29,168 bases of DNA. It comes from a virus. Position 1 is the stretch's first letter, and each line of letters opens with the position of its first letter. The stretch lies in IMG/VR virus record IMGVR_UViG_3300025012_000245. The stretch is one strand, 5' to 3'. This document shows, one piece after another, positions 7,874 through 16,878 of the stretch. Under the pieces are notes generated by a model, which did not search any database, was not told where the DNA came from, and saw only the letters and a program-made list of their open reading frames with translations. Made by a program: the position numbers and the translations under genes.

Positions 7874-8239
7874 ATGGGATATATGACAACAATCACAATT
7901 CTAAACGATGCGTGGCATGTTATTGAAAAGAATCAACAGGAATTTATTGATAATATTAATGCAGGTATGAGTGGAATAGATGAGTTTAGGGGTCGTGGAA
8001 GATATATTAATGATTACAGCATTGGTAATCATTCCAGTCCAGTAATAGTTGCACAATCAAATCACGCAGATGATCCAAGATTATTCTTGACATATCGGAA
8101 CATGATGACTACTTTTGGATATGTAAATGATAATATGAGTAATTTGAAACTTCGTAAAGAATTATTAAAAATAGCAAGAGAAATTATTAGAAAAGAAGCG
8201 AAAGAAATTAAAGATTTGGAAGAGAAAATAAATTCCTAG
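7874..8239 (+). CDS. hypothetical protein
   Basis: RBS 'AAAGGGAGGAAAAATA'. 121 aa. Confidence 0.6.
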   Translation: MGYMTTITILNDAWHVIEKNQQEFIDNINAGMSGIDEFRGRGRYINDYSIGNHSSPVIVAQSNHADDPRLFLTYRNMMTTFGYVNDNMSNLKLRKELLKIAREIIRKEAKEIKDLEEKINS

Positions 8240-8273
8240 CAAAGATACATTTGTTTGGATATAGGAGGTAGAT

Positions 8274-8435
8274 ATGAAATTAAGAGGATTATCTCCAAGA
8301 GAATATTTTACATTATTAATATGGTTTGATGGAGCATGTGGTGTAAGTAGTGCAGTTAATGGAATGTATTTATCGGCAGGATGTAGTATTGGATTTGGGT
8401 TAATATTGATTTATTTAAGAGAAAAATTTTGTTAA
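8274..8435 (+). CDS. small membrane protein (53 aa)
   Basis: 'ATAGGAGGTAGAT-ATG'. Hydrophobic 'LLIWF...GFGLILIYL'. Confidence 0.45.
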   Translation: MKLRGLSPREYFTLLIWFDGACGVSSAVNGMYLSAGCSIGFGLILIYLREKFC

Positions 8436-8449
8436 GAAGGAGAATAAAA

Positions 8450-8587
8450 ATGAGCGATCCAAATGATTTTCAATGTGATATTTGTGGCAATACATTAACT
8501 TCAGAATCTTGTAATTGTTCAAAATGTAAATCGTGGTTATGTAATGGTTGTGCATTTGAAGATGAATGTGAAGAAAGACAAGGATGA
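8450..8587 (+). CDS. small zinc-ribbon protein (45 aa)
   Basis: 'AAGGAGAATAAAA-ATG'. 'CDICG...CNCSKCKSWLCNGC'. Confidence 0.45.
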   Translation: MSDPNDFQCDICGNTLTSESCNCSKCKSWLCNGCAFEDECEERQG

Positions 8588-8595
8588 TAAATAAA

Positions 8596-8754
8596 ATGGA
8601 TAAAGAAACATTGGATGAGTTATGGAAAATCTTATCTTCAGCAACTAATATTAATAAATTGCGTTATGATGAAGCAGTAGTTATTGGTTCTGTTTTCGGA
8701 CAAATGAGAAAAGAAATTGAATATCTGCAATGGAGATTAGATAGCATGAAGTGA
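8596..8754 (+). CDS. hypothetical small protein (52 aa)
   Basis: ATG after 'AGGATGATAAATAAA'. Clean ORF packed between neighbours. Confidence 0.4.
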   Translation: MDKETLDELWKILSSATNINKLRYDEAVVIGSVFGQMRKEIEYLQWRLDSMK

Positions 8755-8776
8755 ATAATTTAAAGGAGGACAATAA

Positions 8777-8953
8777 ATGACTAGAACTCATGATAATTTA
8801 TTTACAAAAATAATTTATAAAGATCAAAGGGATAATTCTCTTTGGATAAAAGATTATGAAGAAAATAAAACAGTTTATTTAGTATCTAGATATGGGGATA
8901 GAGATAGAATTGAAGAAAGAATTGAGTTTATAACATGGTATGATGCCGTTTAA
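8777..8953 (+). CDS. hypothetical small protein (58 aa)
   Basis: 'TAAAGGAGGACAATAA-ATG'. Confidence 0.45.
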   Translation: MTRTHDNLFTKIIYKDQRDNSLWIKDYEENKTVYLVSRYGDRDRIEERIEFITWYDAV

Positions 8954-9073
8954 TTCTGACTTTGCTCGGAAAATTAAGCTTGCAATTATCATAGTTTTAA
9001 TACATAATAAACATATCAACAGAAAATAATAATATCATTGACACAAACTATAATCAGAAAGGATGATATTATT

Positions 9074-9307
9074 ATGGTAGCAGTAAAAAGTCTTCATAAT
9101 GGTTACATCAAGCACATCTATGTACTAGGAAACAAAGAAGGTACTATGTTTATTAACCACAAGAGCAACACATTTATTCCAGATCCATTAAAATCAAAAG
9201 AATTTAATATTAAGAAAGATGCCTTAGATTATAATAAACAGAATAAAAATAATTACAAAGAAGAATTGTATCCACACCTTGTTAGAATCACAGTCGAGTT
9301 GATTTAA
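9074..9307 (+). CDS. hypothetical protein
   Basis: Internal ATG with 'AAAGGA' upstream. The track start at 9038 is a TTG without an RBS. Confidence 0.45.
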   Translation: MVAVKSLHNGYIKHIYVLGNKEGTMFINHKSNTFIPDPLKSKEFNIKKDALDYNKQNKNNYKEELYPHLVRITVELI

Positions 9308-9321
9308 TTTTGTGGAGGTAT

Positions 9322-9351
9322 GGTGCAATATGAGTGAAATTGTATTGCACC
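9322..9351 (+). promoter_or_regulatory. perfect 9-bp stem-loop (GGTGCAATA-N12-TATTGCACC) just after the gene's stop
   Basis: Inverted repeat read directly. No U-tract follows, so it is a terminator-like or processing/regulatory hairpin. Confidence 0.3.
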
Positions 9352-9400
9352 AATGAAAATTACCTTCTATCGTATTTAATTAAAAGGAGAGAAATAATAA

Positions 9401-9733
9401 ATGAATAAGCATATGATTGGTGAGGGAATTGTAATTAAAAAAGACTTTGAAATAGAAACTGCCTTTAATGATAATAAACTTCAAGTTAAAATCGGAGACA
9501 AAGGATATGTAGATGGTAATGGTTTTATTCATTACACAACAGGAGAAGCAAGAGGAAAAATGCAAAAAATTTCTGACGTAGTTCTTGAGGGTTATGATTG
9601 TGAAAATATTGCAACATTAGTATTTCAGAGGTTAAATAATCACTTTAATATAAAGGAGTTCTTAGATGATTATGAGATTGATAAAAAGTATTTTATTGAT
9701 GAAATTGAGTGTGCCTTGAGCGATATTTTATAA
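9401..9733 (+). CDS. hypothetical protein
   Basis: RBS 'AAAAGGAGAG'. Confidence 0.6.
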   Translation: MNKHMIGEGIVIKKDFEIETAFNDNKLQVKIGDKGYVDGNGFIHYTTGEARGKMQKISDVVLEGYDCENIATLVFQRLNNHFNIKEFLDDYEIDKKYFIDEIECALSDIL

Positions 9734-9755
9734 GAAAGAAGGAGAATAAATAATA

Positions 9756-10073
9756 ATGAAACGCTTTAAAACAACAGTAACTAGAACCGATGAATACATA
9801 ATTGAGATTGATGAAAATATTATAGACGAAGAATGGATGAAACATTTCAGACGATACTTTTATGACTTTGATTCTTTTGAAGAACATGCTGAACATTTAG
9901 CACAGAGTAGAGCACGATTTGAACAAAGTTTCTTTGAGGGTTATGGAGAGGTTTTAATTAATAGTAAAAAGTCTTGGAATGTAAAAGATGAAAATGAAGT
10001 ACAAAAGGGAATCAATATCATAGTAAAAAGTGAAGATCAAGATTGCGAAGTTGAAGTGGAGGAGATTGAGTGA
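9756..10073 (+). CDS. hypothetical acidic protein
   Basis: RBS 'GAAGGAGAAT'. Strongly acidic C-terminus 'DQDCEVEVEEIE'. Confidence 0.6.
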   Translation: MKRFKTTVTRTDEYIIEIDENIIDEEWMKHFRRYFYDFDSFEEHAEHLAQSRARFEQSFFEGYGEVLINSKKSWNVKDENEVQKGINIIVKSEDQDCEVEVEEIE

Positions 10074-10426
10074 AGATAACTGGCAAGATAAGACCTATTT
10101 ATACAGATGCTAGTATGGATCATTCTTTCAAACTTAAAGTGTATTTTAAAGAAGAAGGACAATGGTTTCATAGGAGCTATGAAAGAACATTGGTAAACAT
10201 TTGGTGGGAATTAACGGAAGATGTTACGCATGAAGATATTGTTAATAAAACATTTGAATATTTATCTGATGAGGAAGGTTTGATAGAAATAGCAAAAGAT
10301 ATTGTGTTATCTTATTACAAAAATAAAGAAAAGAATAATTCAGGTAATCAAAAGGAAAAACAAATTAGAAAGTTAATTAAAGAAATAGAAGGCAAAGAAA
10401 TTAGTTTTGAAATGGAGATAAAATAA
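10070..10426 (+). CDS. hypothetical protein
   Basis: GTG start overlapping the upstream stop. 118 aa. Confidence 0.5.
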   Translation: MKITGKIRPIYTDASMDHSFKLKVYFKEEGQWFHRSYERTLVNIWWELTEDVTHEDIVNKTFEYLSDEEGLIEIAKDIVLSYYKNKEKNNSGNQKEKQIRKLIKEIEGKEISFEMEIK

Positions 10427-10887
10427 TGAAAGTAATTAAATATAATAATAAAACAAAAACAGCAATATGGTATGTACATAAGCAACTAGTTAATGAAGGT
10501 AAGATAATTTATCTTGGTAATGGTAGTAAGAAAGGTGAACCAGATTGGCATAAAACAATTAGAAATGAATTTTATAATATGGATTTATACCGAAGCGATG
10601 AAGAAGAAATGGAAGATTTTCTTTCTTATCTATCAGATGAAGTTGAGATAGAAGAAGAAGATAGAGGTTTCGATATGCCTCTACCGGATAGTACAAGAGA
10701 ATATTTTATTATATTTGATGATAAGATTTGGGTATATTTCTATTTTGCAGATGAGTATATGGGCATGGGAGATTTTAGTCAGTTCGTGAAAATTGAAAGT
10801 ATTTTAGTTCCAGAAGGAACGGATATTGAAGATGTTAGAGAAGTTAGAAATTGGTTAGTTAAGGGTGGATTTAAGTTGTTAAGGTAA
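10426..10887 (+). CDS. hypothetical protein
   Basis: ATG overlaps the upstream TAA (TAATG). Confidence 0.6.
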   Translation: MKVIKYNNKTKTAIWYVHKQLVNEGKIIYLGNGSKKGEPDWHKTIRNEFYNMDLYRSDEEEMEDFLSYLSDEVEIEEEDRGFDMPLPDSTREYFIIFDDKIWVYFYFADEYMGMGDFSQFVKIESILVPEGTDIEDVREVRNWLVKGGFKLLR

Positions 10888-10931
10888 ACCAGATAAATCG
10901 AATCTTTCAAGGGATTAGAGGAGGAATAAAA

Positions 10932-11252
10932 ATGGAATTAGTTGATCCGAAATTATATAATATTTTAAATAAAAATGAAACAGGACTATATCCAAATGTT
11001 CGCACAGGTGAAATTATTGCTTATGTTCATATTAATTTGTATGATTTGTCTGACTTTGTTCAAGCAGTTGGAGGATGGCACTTTGATGAAGGCGAAGAGG
11101 TTATATTGTTTACTAATACAGTCTGTATAGAAATTAATGATATAATTAGTGGGTTTGACCATAGTTTAACTAATTATAAAGATTGTTTTGATGAAGACTT
11201 ATGGAAAGAACATGAGGAAGAAATTATTAAGGAATGGGATAGAGAATATTAA
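10932..11252 (+). CDS. hypothetical strongly acidic protein
   Basis: RBS 'GAGGAGGAATAAAA'. About 24 D/E against 8 K/R. Confidence 0.6.
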   Translation: MELVDPKLYNILNKNETGLYPNVRTGEIIAYVHINLYDLSDFVQAVGGWHFDEGEEVILFTNTVCIEINDIISGFDHSLTNYKDCFDEDLWKEHEEEIIKEWDREY

Positions 11253-11307
11253 TACCAATAGATTTAACCTTTGCTTGGGATTATAATTAAAGGAGCAAAT
11301 TAAAAAA

Positions 11308-11676
11308 ATGAGAAATATATTAAACTTAATATTAACATTTTCAGTGTTTTGGATTGGTAACGAATATTTCAAAGAATACCTATCTATCTCAGATACAAGG
11401 ACTATAATTATTGCAACATTACTTATGGTAGCTATGGGATATTTGTTTAGTTTACTTATGGTTGCTTCTGTATTAACTATTCCTATAGGGATTGGATGCT
11501 TAACTACAATGCTTCTATTTTTAGTGGCAATTGTATTAACTCCCGTGAAACTTTGGTTGCTTGATAGTTATTTGTTAGGATTTTATATTAATGGGTTCTG
11601 GGCATATGTAGTATTAACAGCAATATTAAGTATATTTACAATTAAGGCTAAATCAAGTAATAATAAAACCAAATAA
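11308..11676 (+). CDS. integral membrane protein (about 4 TM segments)
   Basis: RBS 'AAAGGAGCAA'. Long hydrophobic stretches. Confidence 0.6.
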   Translation: MRNILNLILTFSVFWIGNEYFKEYLSISDTRTIIIATLLMVAMGYLFSLLMVASVLTIPIGIGCLTTMLLFLVAIVLTPVKLWLLDSYLLGFYINGFWAYVVLTAILSIFTIKAKSSNNKTK

Positions 11677-11728
11677 AGAACTGATATGATAGGAATTTAA
11701 GATAAAGATAAGAAAGAAGGAAAGATAA

Positions 11729-12106
11729 GTGTTAAAAGATACATATAAAATGCATAATATTGAAATTGAATCAAATTATGGTGATAGGTGGGACTATACA
11801 GTAAGTCAAGATCAAGATTTTATCTTAATAAAAGACACTAATCATAATGAAAGTTTAGGTATAAATATAGCACAAGCAAAATTTATTAGAGATTCACTGA
11901 ATGAGATTATTACATATTATGAAAGCATTCCAAAGATAGGTAATAAAGTATTAGTAGTTAATGGTATGTTTCAAGGTTACTATGGTGTGATAATGGATAT
12001 TGATAGTTGCGATTCAAAGAAACCTTTAGCAATTAAACTAAACGATAATTCTACTTTTAATAATTGTACTTGTTTCGTGAATTTTGATGATGTTAATAAC
12101 GCATAA
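11729..12106 (+). CDS. hypothetical protein (KOW/SH3-like C-terminal half)
   Basis: GTG 8 nt after 'GAAGGAAAG'. 'IGNKVLVVNGMFQGYYGVI'. Confidence 0.5.
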   Translation: MLKDTYKMHNIEIESNYGDRWDYTVSQDQDFILIKDTNHNESLGINIAQAKFIRDSLNEIITYYESIPKIGNKVLVVNGMFQGYYGVIMDIDSCDSKKPLAIKLNDNSTFNNCTCFVNFDDVNNA

Positions 12107-12145
12107 AGAAAGAATTTTATGCCAATTAAGAAAGGAAAATTATAA

Positions 12146-12367
12146 ATGTTAGATATGTCAGAAGGATCTATTGATATAAACTTAACAAATTTACAAATTG
12201 AAATTGGAGAATATAGAAGGGTTGTAGAAACTTATTATAAAGCTTTTGAATTATATACACTAAAAGATGACGCAGAAATTAATTCGTTAATGGAGATGAA
12301 TCAAAAAATTATAAATTCAAAAAATAATTTAGTAAAAGTATGTCAACAATTTATTGATGAAGCCTAA
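12146..12367 (+). CDS. hypothetical protein
   Basis: RBS 'AAGAAAGGAAAAT'. Confidence 0.55.
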   Translation: MLDMSEGSIDINLTNLQIEIGEYRRVVETYYKAFELYTLKDDAEINSLMEMNQKIINSKNNLVKVCQQFIDEA

Positions 12368-12388
12368 TAAAGAGGAGTATGATTCTAT

Positions 12389-12526
12389 GTGCAATGCCTA
12401 AAAGAAAGATGCCCTGTATGCAATACTCAGCTATACGGTGAAGTAAATGCCAGTAATGAGAAAGATATTTTTGCAACAATATATTGTTTACGGTGCGGAT
12501 ATGAAAGAGAAGTCAGAGATGAATAA
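12389..12526 (+). CDS. small zinc-ribbon protein (GTG start, 45 aa)
   Basis: 'AGAGGAG' 11 nt upstream. 'CPVCNTQ...CLRCGYE'. Confidence 0.35.
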   Translation: MQCLKERCPVCNTQLYGEVNASNEKDIFATIYCLRCGYEREVRDE

Positions 12527-12565
12527 AACTCATGTTTTATACCAACTTAGAAAGGAGATAAAAAG

Positions 12566-12853
12566 ATGTCTGATATAAGAATGTGTAGGAATTGTTATGA
12601 AGATTTTCATATGGATGATGGATTAAAATGTGCAATATGTGAAACAGAACATTGTGACCATTGTGCTATTAAAATTGGAGTATCATTTCATGATCTAGAA
12701 GAAAGTTGGATTTATATTTGTGAACAATGTTTGGCACAGTATAAAGAAGATGGAATTGAACATATACAAGATAATATCAATGGAGAAGTTAATAAAGAAA
12801 TTATGGATATGGTGGTTCTGCAATTTGATGCATGGAAAGGAGCAGATCAATAA
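12566..12853 (+). CDS. Cys-rich protein
   Basis: RBS 'GAAAGGAGATAAAAAG'. 'CRNCYEDFHMDDGLKCAICETEHCDHC'. Confidence 0.55.
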   Translation: MSDIRMCRNCYEDFHMDDGLKCAICETEHCDHCAIKIGVSFHDLEESWIYICEQCLAQYKEDGIEHIQDNINGEVNKEIMDMVVLQFDAWKGADQ

Positions 12854-12999
12854 TGATTAGAAAAACTCCATATTTATGCGAAATGTGTAAGAAACATTTT
12901 GATGAACCAAACATTGTAAAAGAAAAGCATTGTGAATATAATGTATGCCCTCACTGTAATAGTAAATGGATTACACAGCCGTGTTATTGTACAAAATAG
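12853..12999 (+). CDS. small zinc-ribbon protein (48 aa)
   Basis: TAATG overlap. 'CEMCKKHF...CPHCNSKW'. Confidence 0.4.
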   Translation: MIRKTPYLCEMCKKHFDEPNIVKEKHCEYNVCPHCNSKWITQPCYCTK

Positions 13000-13045
13000 T
13001 AATCCTAGCAAAATACAGTTTGATACTATTAAAAGGGAGAATAAG

Positions 13046-13234
13046 ATGAAAGAAAATAAAATATTATATACAGAATTAATCGTAAAACAAGCAACATTAT
13101 TGCAAAATAAGATTTACGAGACATTGTTAGACTATATAACCAATGGAGAAATTTTATTTGAAGACTATCAAGTGACTGAGGAATATGAAGTCAAAGGAGT
13201 AAGATGGGATATTAAGTTAACAGTTATTGAATGA
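13046..13234 (+). CDS. hypothetical small protein
   Basis: 'AAAGGGAGAATAAG-ATG', in frame with track ORF 12932. Confidence 0.5.
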   Translation: MKENKILYTELIVKQATLLQNKIYETLLDYITNGEILFEDYQVTEEYEVKGVRWDIKLTVIE

Positions 13235-13247
13235 AGAGGTTTAAAAA

Positions 13248-13406
13248 TTGAAAATAAGAGATATATTAACCGACAATGAAAAACAAAGAATAGAACGATT
13301 TATTAAGAGAATGAAAAAATCTTCATATCTTGATGATTATAGCGATTATAAAGCAAGTATCGCATTAATTTTAAGAAACGCATTGTCTAGAGTGAATTTT
13401 AAGTAA
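13248..13406 (+). CDS. hypothetical small basic protein (TTG start)
   Basis: 'GAAGAGG' 8 nt upstream of TTG. Confidence 0.3.
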   Translation: MKIRDILTDNEKQRIERFIKRMKKSSYLDDYSDYKASIALILRNALSRVNFK

Positions 13407-13450
13407 CCCAATCAATCCACTGTTTTAAGTGATTATGAAAGGAAGATATA

Positions 13451-13780
13451 ATGGAAATTAATGAATTAATAAATAAAATAATTGAAAACCAAAAAGATAA
13501 CACAACTAAAGAAATTGAATTTCTTTGTGGAGAATGTAATTTTGATAAACCAGTAAATGTAATAGAAACAGATAAAATTAAAATTATATTCAAGGATAAT
13601 AAATGTGAAATAAGAAGAAAGAAAAATAATAATCCAGTTATCTTCAGAGATAAGATAGGAAAAATTTTTAGACAACATGGGGAATGGGTTTATTTAAAAC
13701 CTGAGATGTTAAATCTTGCTGGAATGAATACAGAGGCGAATAATCAGATTACACTCAATCAAGATTTTGTATATGATTAA
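13451..13780 (+). CDS. hypothetical protein
   Basis: RBS 'GAAAGGAAGAT'. 'CGECNF' motif. Confidence 0.55.
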   Translation: MEINELINKIIENQKDNTTKEIEFLCGECNFDKPVNVIETDKIKIIFKDNKCEIRRKKNNNPVIFRDKIGKIFRQHGEWVYLKPEMLNLAGMNTEANNQITLNQDFVYD

Positions 13781-13827
13781 AACCAACAAAAAATGCTGTT
13801 TAAATTCGAGAAGGAGGAATTAAATTA

Positions 13828-14073
13828 ATGAGCAAAATAGAATTTAAAAACGGAAGTACAATTGAGACGCTTGATTCAAAAGACAGTATTAGAAGCACAG
13901 GATATTTTTACCTTACAGATATAGACCAAAAAGAAAGATTAAATTATTTAATCGAAGCATTTAAAGATTTAGGCATTGCATTGAAATATACGGATGGAAC
14001 ATTCAGAGAGTTTGAATGTGTGATGTTGGATTTGCAAAAAGTATGGGGAGAATTAGAAAAACAAGAAAATTGA
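13828..14073 (+). CDS. hypothetical protein with N-terminal 'KIEFKNGSTIE' motif
   Basis: RBS 'GAGAAGGAGGAAT'. Paralogous to the ORF at 20444. Confidence 0.55.
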   Translation: MSKIEFKNGSTIETLDSKDSIRSTGYFYLTDIDQKERLNYLIEAFKDLGIALKYTDGTFREFECVMLDLQKVWGELEKQEN

Positions 14074-14161
14074 CCTCACGCATGCTCCATTATGCTTCCA
14101 AATGCTCGTGTTTTCAAAGTATAAAATCCAATCAAACTCAAATTTTAAAGGAGGATAATAT

Positions 14162-14383
14162 ATGCTTAGTAAAATTAAACTACATCCACTACAAGAAGAA
14201 CGATTAAATGTAGATGAATGGTACAGAAAAGAACGAGATAATCTAGAGAACCTTCGTAGACAGAAACTTAATGATATTCAAAATAAATGCACTCATAAAT
14301 GGGGAGACGATTTAGATGCTTGGGATTATACGTCACAACCATTTAGCGAAACTTTTTGTGCGATATGTCATAAGTTTAGATAA
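14162..14383 (+). CDS. hypothetical protein
   Basis: RBS 'AAAGGAGGATAATAT'. C-terminal 'CTHKW...CAICHKF'. Confidence 0.55.
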   Translation: MLSKIKLHPLQEERLNVDEWYRKERDNLENLRRQKLNDIQNKCTHKWGDDLDAWDYTSQPFSETFCAICHKFR

Positions 14384-14455
14384 TTAATTGTTGTAATTTA
14401 ATTCTATAGTAATTGATAGAATTGAAGAAATTATTTAAATACTAAAATAATTATC

Positions 14456-14484
14456 TTGACTTAATGTCTTAACCATGTTATTAT
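14456..14484 (+). promoter_or_regulatory. sigma-A type promoter TTGACT-17-TATTAT with TG extended -10
   Basis: Read directly: TTGACT (14456-61), 17-nt spacer, 'TGtTATTAT' (14476-84). Sits in a 180-nt non-coding gap. Confidence 0.6.
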
Positions 14485-14558
14485 ATAAATATACCAAATA
14501 CATAAATGAATTCCAACAAACTATTCCATTAAAGTTTGGGAAGAAGATGATTACATAA

Positions 14559-14720
14559 GTGCAACAAAAAGTTAAAGCTAAAATTAAAGGTGTATTCTGG
14601 GGAACTGCCACAGTTATATTAGATAGTGATGGAACAATTATTGAAGTAGAAGAAGTTGAAGATTTAGATGACTTTAATGATTGTGAAGTTAGAGAAATTA
14701 TTTATAAAATTGGAGGATAA
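14559..14720 (+). CDS. possible small leader ORF (GTG start, 53 aa)
   Basis: Only open frame between the promoter and the 14730 gene. RBS is weak. Confidence 0.25.
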   Translation: MQQKVKAKIKGVFWGTATVILDSDGTIIEVEEVEDLDDFNDCEVREIIYKIGG

Positions 14721-14729
14721 ATTTAGATT

Positions 14730-15029
14730 ATGAAATATAGAGAAGGGGATAAAGTTGAAATTATCGATCGATCTTCAGAGTTTTACAAAAAGAAAGGATA
14801 TGTTCTCACAAAACAAGAAATAAATGATAAGATATGGGTTGTTTTTAGACCTGCTAAGTCTAGTGGACATGGTTTTACATTAGAACAAATTAAACTTATA
14901 AAAAGTTCTATACAAGGTCAAGAGATTGAACCTTCAGGTTGTTGCGTATCTAGCACTGGTTATATATCAACTAATGTGTTGCTTGAAGAATGTCCAATAA
15001 AGAGAGAAATTGGACAACATGAATTTTAA
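14730..15029 (+). CDS. small SH3/KOW-like protein
   Basis: 'TGGAGGATAAATTTAGATT-ATG'. 'MKYREGDKVEIID' is paralogous to the 6651 N-terminus. Confidence 0.6.
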   Translation: MKYREGDKVEIIDRSSEFYKKKGYVLTKQEINDKIWVVFRPAKSSGHGFTLEQIKLIKSSIQGQEIEPSGCCVSSTGYISTNVLLEECPIKREIGQHEF

Positions 15030-15198
15030 AGAAAAGGTTAAAGTATGTACTTGTACAAATTCTTATCATGTATCTACTTGTAAACATTATAAAGGTCTTA
15101 GGGAAATAATCCGTGGTGGTAGAAAAGTATAGAGAGTATTTTGTGATGCTGTGGAAGTTTAAAACAATCAATAAGAGAAAGAGGAGATATATAACACT

Positions 15199-15354
15199 AT
15201 GGAAGAAGTAAGAGCATTTAAACTCAAAAAGTACATGGAATTTATAGTTGGCGAAAGTTCAATAGAAAACAAATTCAAGTTTATAAATATTCCTAAAGAA
15301 AGTATTATTACAAGAAGAAAGTATGCTTTATATGACTATTGCCAACATAGATGA
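15199..15354 (+). CDS. hypothetical small protein (51 aa)
   Basis: 'AGAGGAGATATATAACACT-ATG'. Confidence 0.45.
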   Translation: MEEVRAFKLKKYMEFIVGESSIENKFKFINIPKESIITRRKYALYDYCQHR

Positions 15355-15365
15355 GTTTAACAATT

Positions 15366-15512
15366 ATGATGCTGTTTTTAGGTTACTTAGTTGGAGTAGA
15401 ATTGATGGAAAAGGTGAATATATTTTTTAGAGTATTAAAGAGCAATAAGAATGAGCAAGTTAATTTTAAAGAAGAAAAAGAGTATTTAAAAAGTTTTTGC
15501 AGGATCGTTTAA
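15366..15512 (+). CDS. possible small ORF (48 aa)
   Basis: Open frame filling the gap. No clear RBS. Confidence 0.2.
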   Translation: MMLFLGYLVGVELMEKVNIFFRVLKSNKNEQVNFKEEKEYLKSFCRIV

Positions 15513-15545
15513 AAGTTGATTTTAATGGAGAAAGGAAGATCAAAA

Positions 15546-15779
15546 ATGGAGTCTTATGAAAAACTAAAAGAGCAGAAAGATAAACTAATTAATAAAAAGG
15601 TAAATTACATAGACACCGATTTGAGTACGGCATTACATAAATTCGCATTAGGATATAAAATTGAATGTAGAATTAATTTTTCAACTTGGGAATTTGATTT
15701 CTCTAAAAATAATGCAACAGTAATATTGAATCAAAGAATGATAGAAAATGGTAAGTGGTCTGTATGTTCTGAAAAGTAA
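15546..15779 (+). CDS. hypothetical protein
   Basis: 'GAGAAAGGAAGATCAAAA-ATG', in frame with track ORF 15516. Confidence 0.5.
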   Translation: MESYEKLKEQKDKLINKKVNYIDTDLSTALHKFALGYKIECRINFSTWEFDFSKNNATVILNQRMIENGKWSVCSEK

Positions 15780-15835
15780 CCAAATCAAAATTCCATTTTA
15801 AATAATAAAATAAAATTTGAAAGAGGTAATAATTA

Positions 15836-16276
15836 ATGAAAAGTATTTTTAAAGGAAAACACATCAAAAAGATTTATGAGTTTGAATCATATTTATACAA
15901 AGATGCTAAAATTCCTTATGTTGTTTTAACTAAAATAGTAGAAAATTATGAAACAATTTTAGAAACAGAGTTAGATACACCTCCTCTTAATAGTGGAGAT
16001 CAATTCTACTTAACAAAAGAAGATAAAATTATAAGAGTGGAAAGTGTATTACGAGGAACAGATAATGTTATGGTTTATCTTACAGATGTTATTTTAAGTG
16101 AGACTGAAGAATTGGAAGAATCGCTAAAAATAGCAATTGTAAAAAGAGAAGAATATTTAATCAAAAAAGAAATAAGTGACAAGGAATATGCAAAACGACA
16201 AGAAGAAAGAGATTATAAAGAGGAATATAGAAATGCATTCTTTGTAAAGCGTTTATTTATGAAGAAACCAGAATAG
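15836..16276 (+). CDS. hypothetical protein
   Basis: RBS 'GAAAGAGGTAATAATTA'. Confidence 0.6.
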   Translation: MKSIFKGKHIKKIYEFESYLYKDAKIPYVVLTKIVENYETILETELDTPPLNSGDQFYLTKEDKIIRVESVLRGTDNVMVYLTDVILSETEELEESLKIAIVKREEYLIKKEISDKEYAKRQEERDYKEEYRNAFFVKRLFMKKPE

Positions 16277-16309
16277 ACTATAAAAGAAATATAGAGAAGG
16301 AGAATAAAT

Positions 16310-16627
16310 ATGGAAATATTAGAATTACACGATCATGTATACGATTGTTACACAAATAAAGTCAAAGGTAATAAACTTCTAACTTATGAAATGGTTCAGA
16401 GAAAATTAACTAGGAATTATCATCTATCAAAGAAAGTAAAATTAGGTAGCCAAGAATTATGTCTCTACGGATGTCTTACTTTCCTAGTAGGAGAAAATTG
16501 TGTCTTATGGATTAAGAATTATGTTGGAACCGATACCTCTTGGTTTAAGAAAGATATGAAGAAATACAATAAACTGAATGAGCAATTAGGAATCGACAAC
16601 AATGCAAAAGAATTAAAGCTTGACTAA
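16310..16627 (+). CDS. hypothetical protein
   Basis: RBS 'GAGAAGGAGAATAAAT'. Confidence 0.6.
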   Translation: MEILELHDHVYDCYTNKVKGNKLLTYEMVQRKLTRNYHLSKKVKLGSQELCLYGCLTFLVGENCVLWIKNYVGTDTSWFKKDMKKYNKLNEQLGIDNNAKELKLD

Positions 16628-16665
16628 ATACTAAAATAAATATATAATGAGAGCGAGGATATAAA

Positions 16666-16815
16666 TTGGCTGAAATGATCATAACATACTTAACAAAAGA
16701 AGCAGATAAAGAAGTAGTAAGAAAAGCTAAAGCAAAAGAACAGGATATAAGAGAATACATAATTGGAAGCGTTTATAAAATGCAAAAGAAGAGAAGAAAG
16801 TATATGGGGAGGTAG
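16666..16815 (+). CDS. possible ribbon-helix-helix-like small basic protein (TTG start)
   Basis: 'GAGCGAGGATATAAA-TTG'. A beta-strand 'MIITYL' followed by a charged helix. Confidence 0.3.
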   Translation: MAEMIITYLTKEADKEVVRKAKAKEQDIREYIIGSVYKMQKKRRKYMGR

Positions 16816-16878
16816 GAAAGGATATATGCAGAATACATATATTGACTCCTTATTTGGTAAATAGAAAGGAATGTTTAA

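Noticed and set aside
9038-9054. TTGACA ... TATAAT near the 9038 ORF as a promoter
   Set aside because: The two hexamers are only 5 nt apart, where 16-18 are needed. The TATAAT has no upstream TG or -35 at proper spacing. It is left uncalled.
14016-14207. Plus-strand ORF of 63 aa spanning the 13828/14162 intergenic region
   Set aside because: It overlaps the end of one gene, the repeat-containing gap and the RBS and start of the next gene in another frame, and has no RBS. It is most likely a chance ORF.
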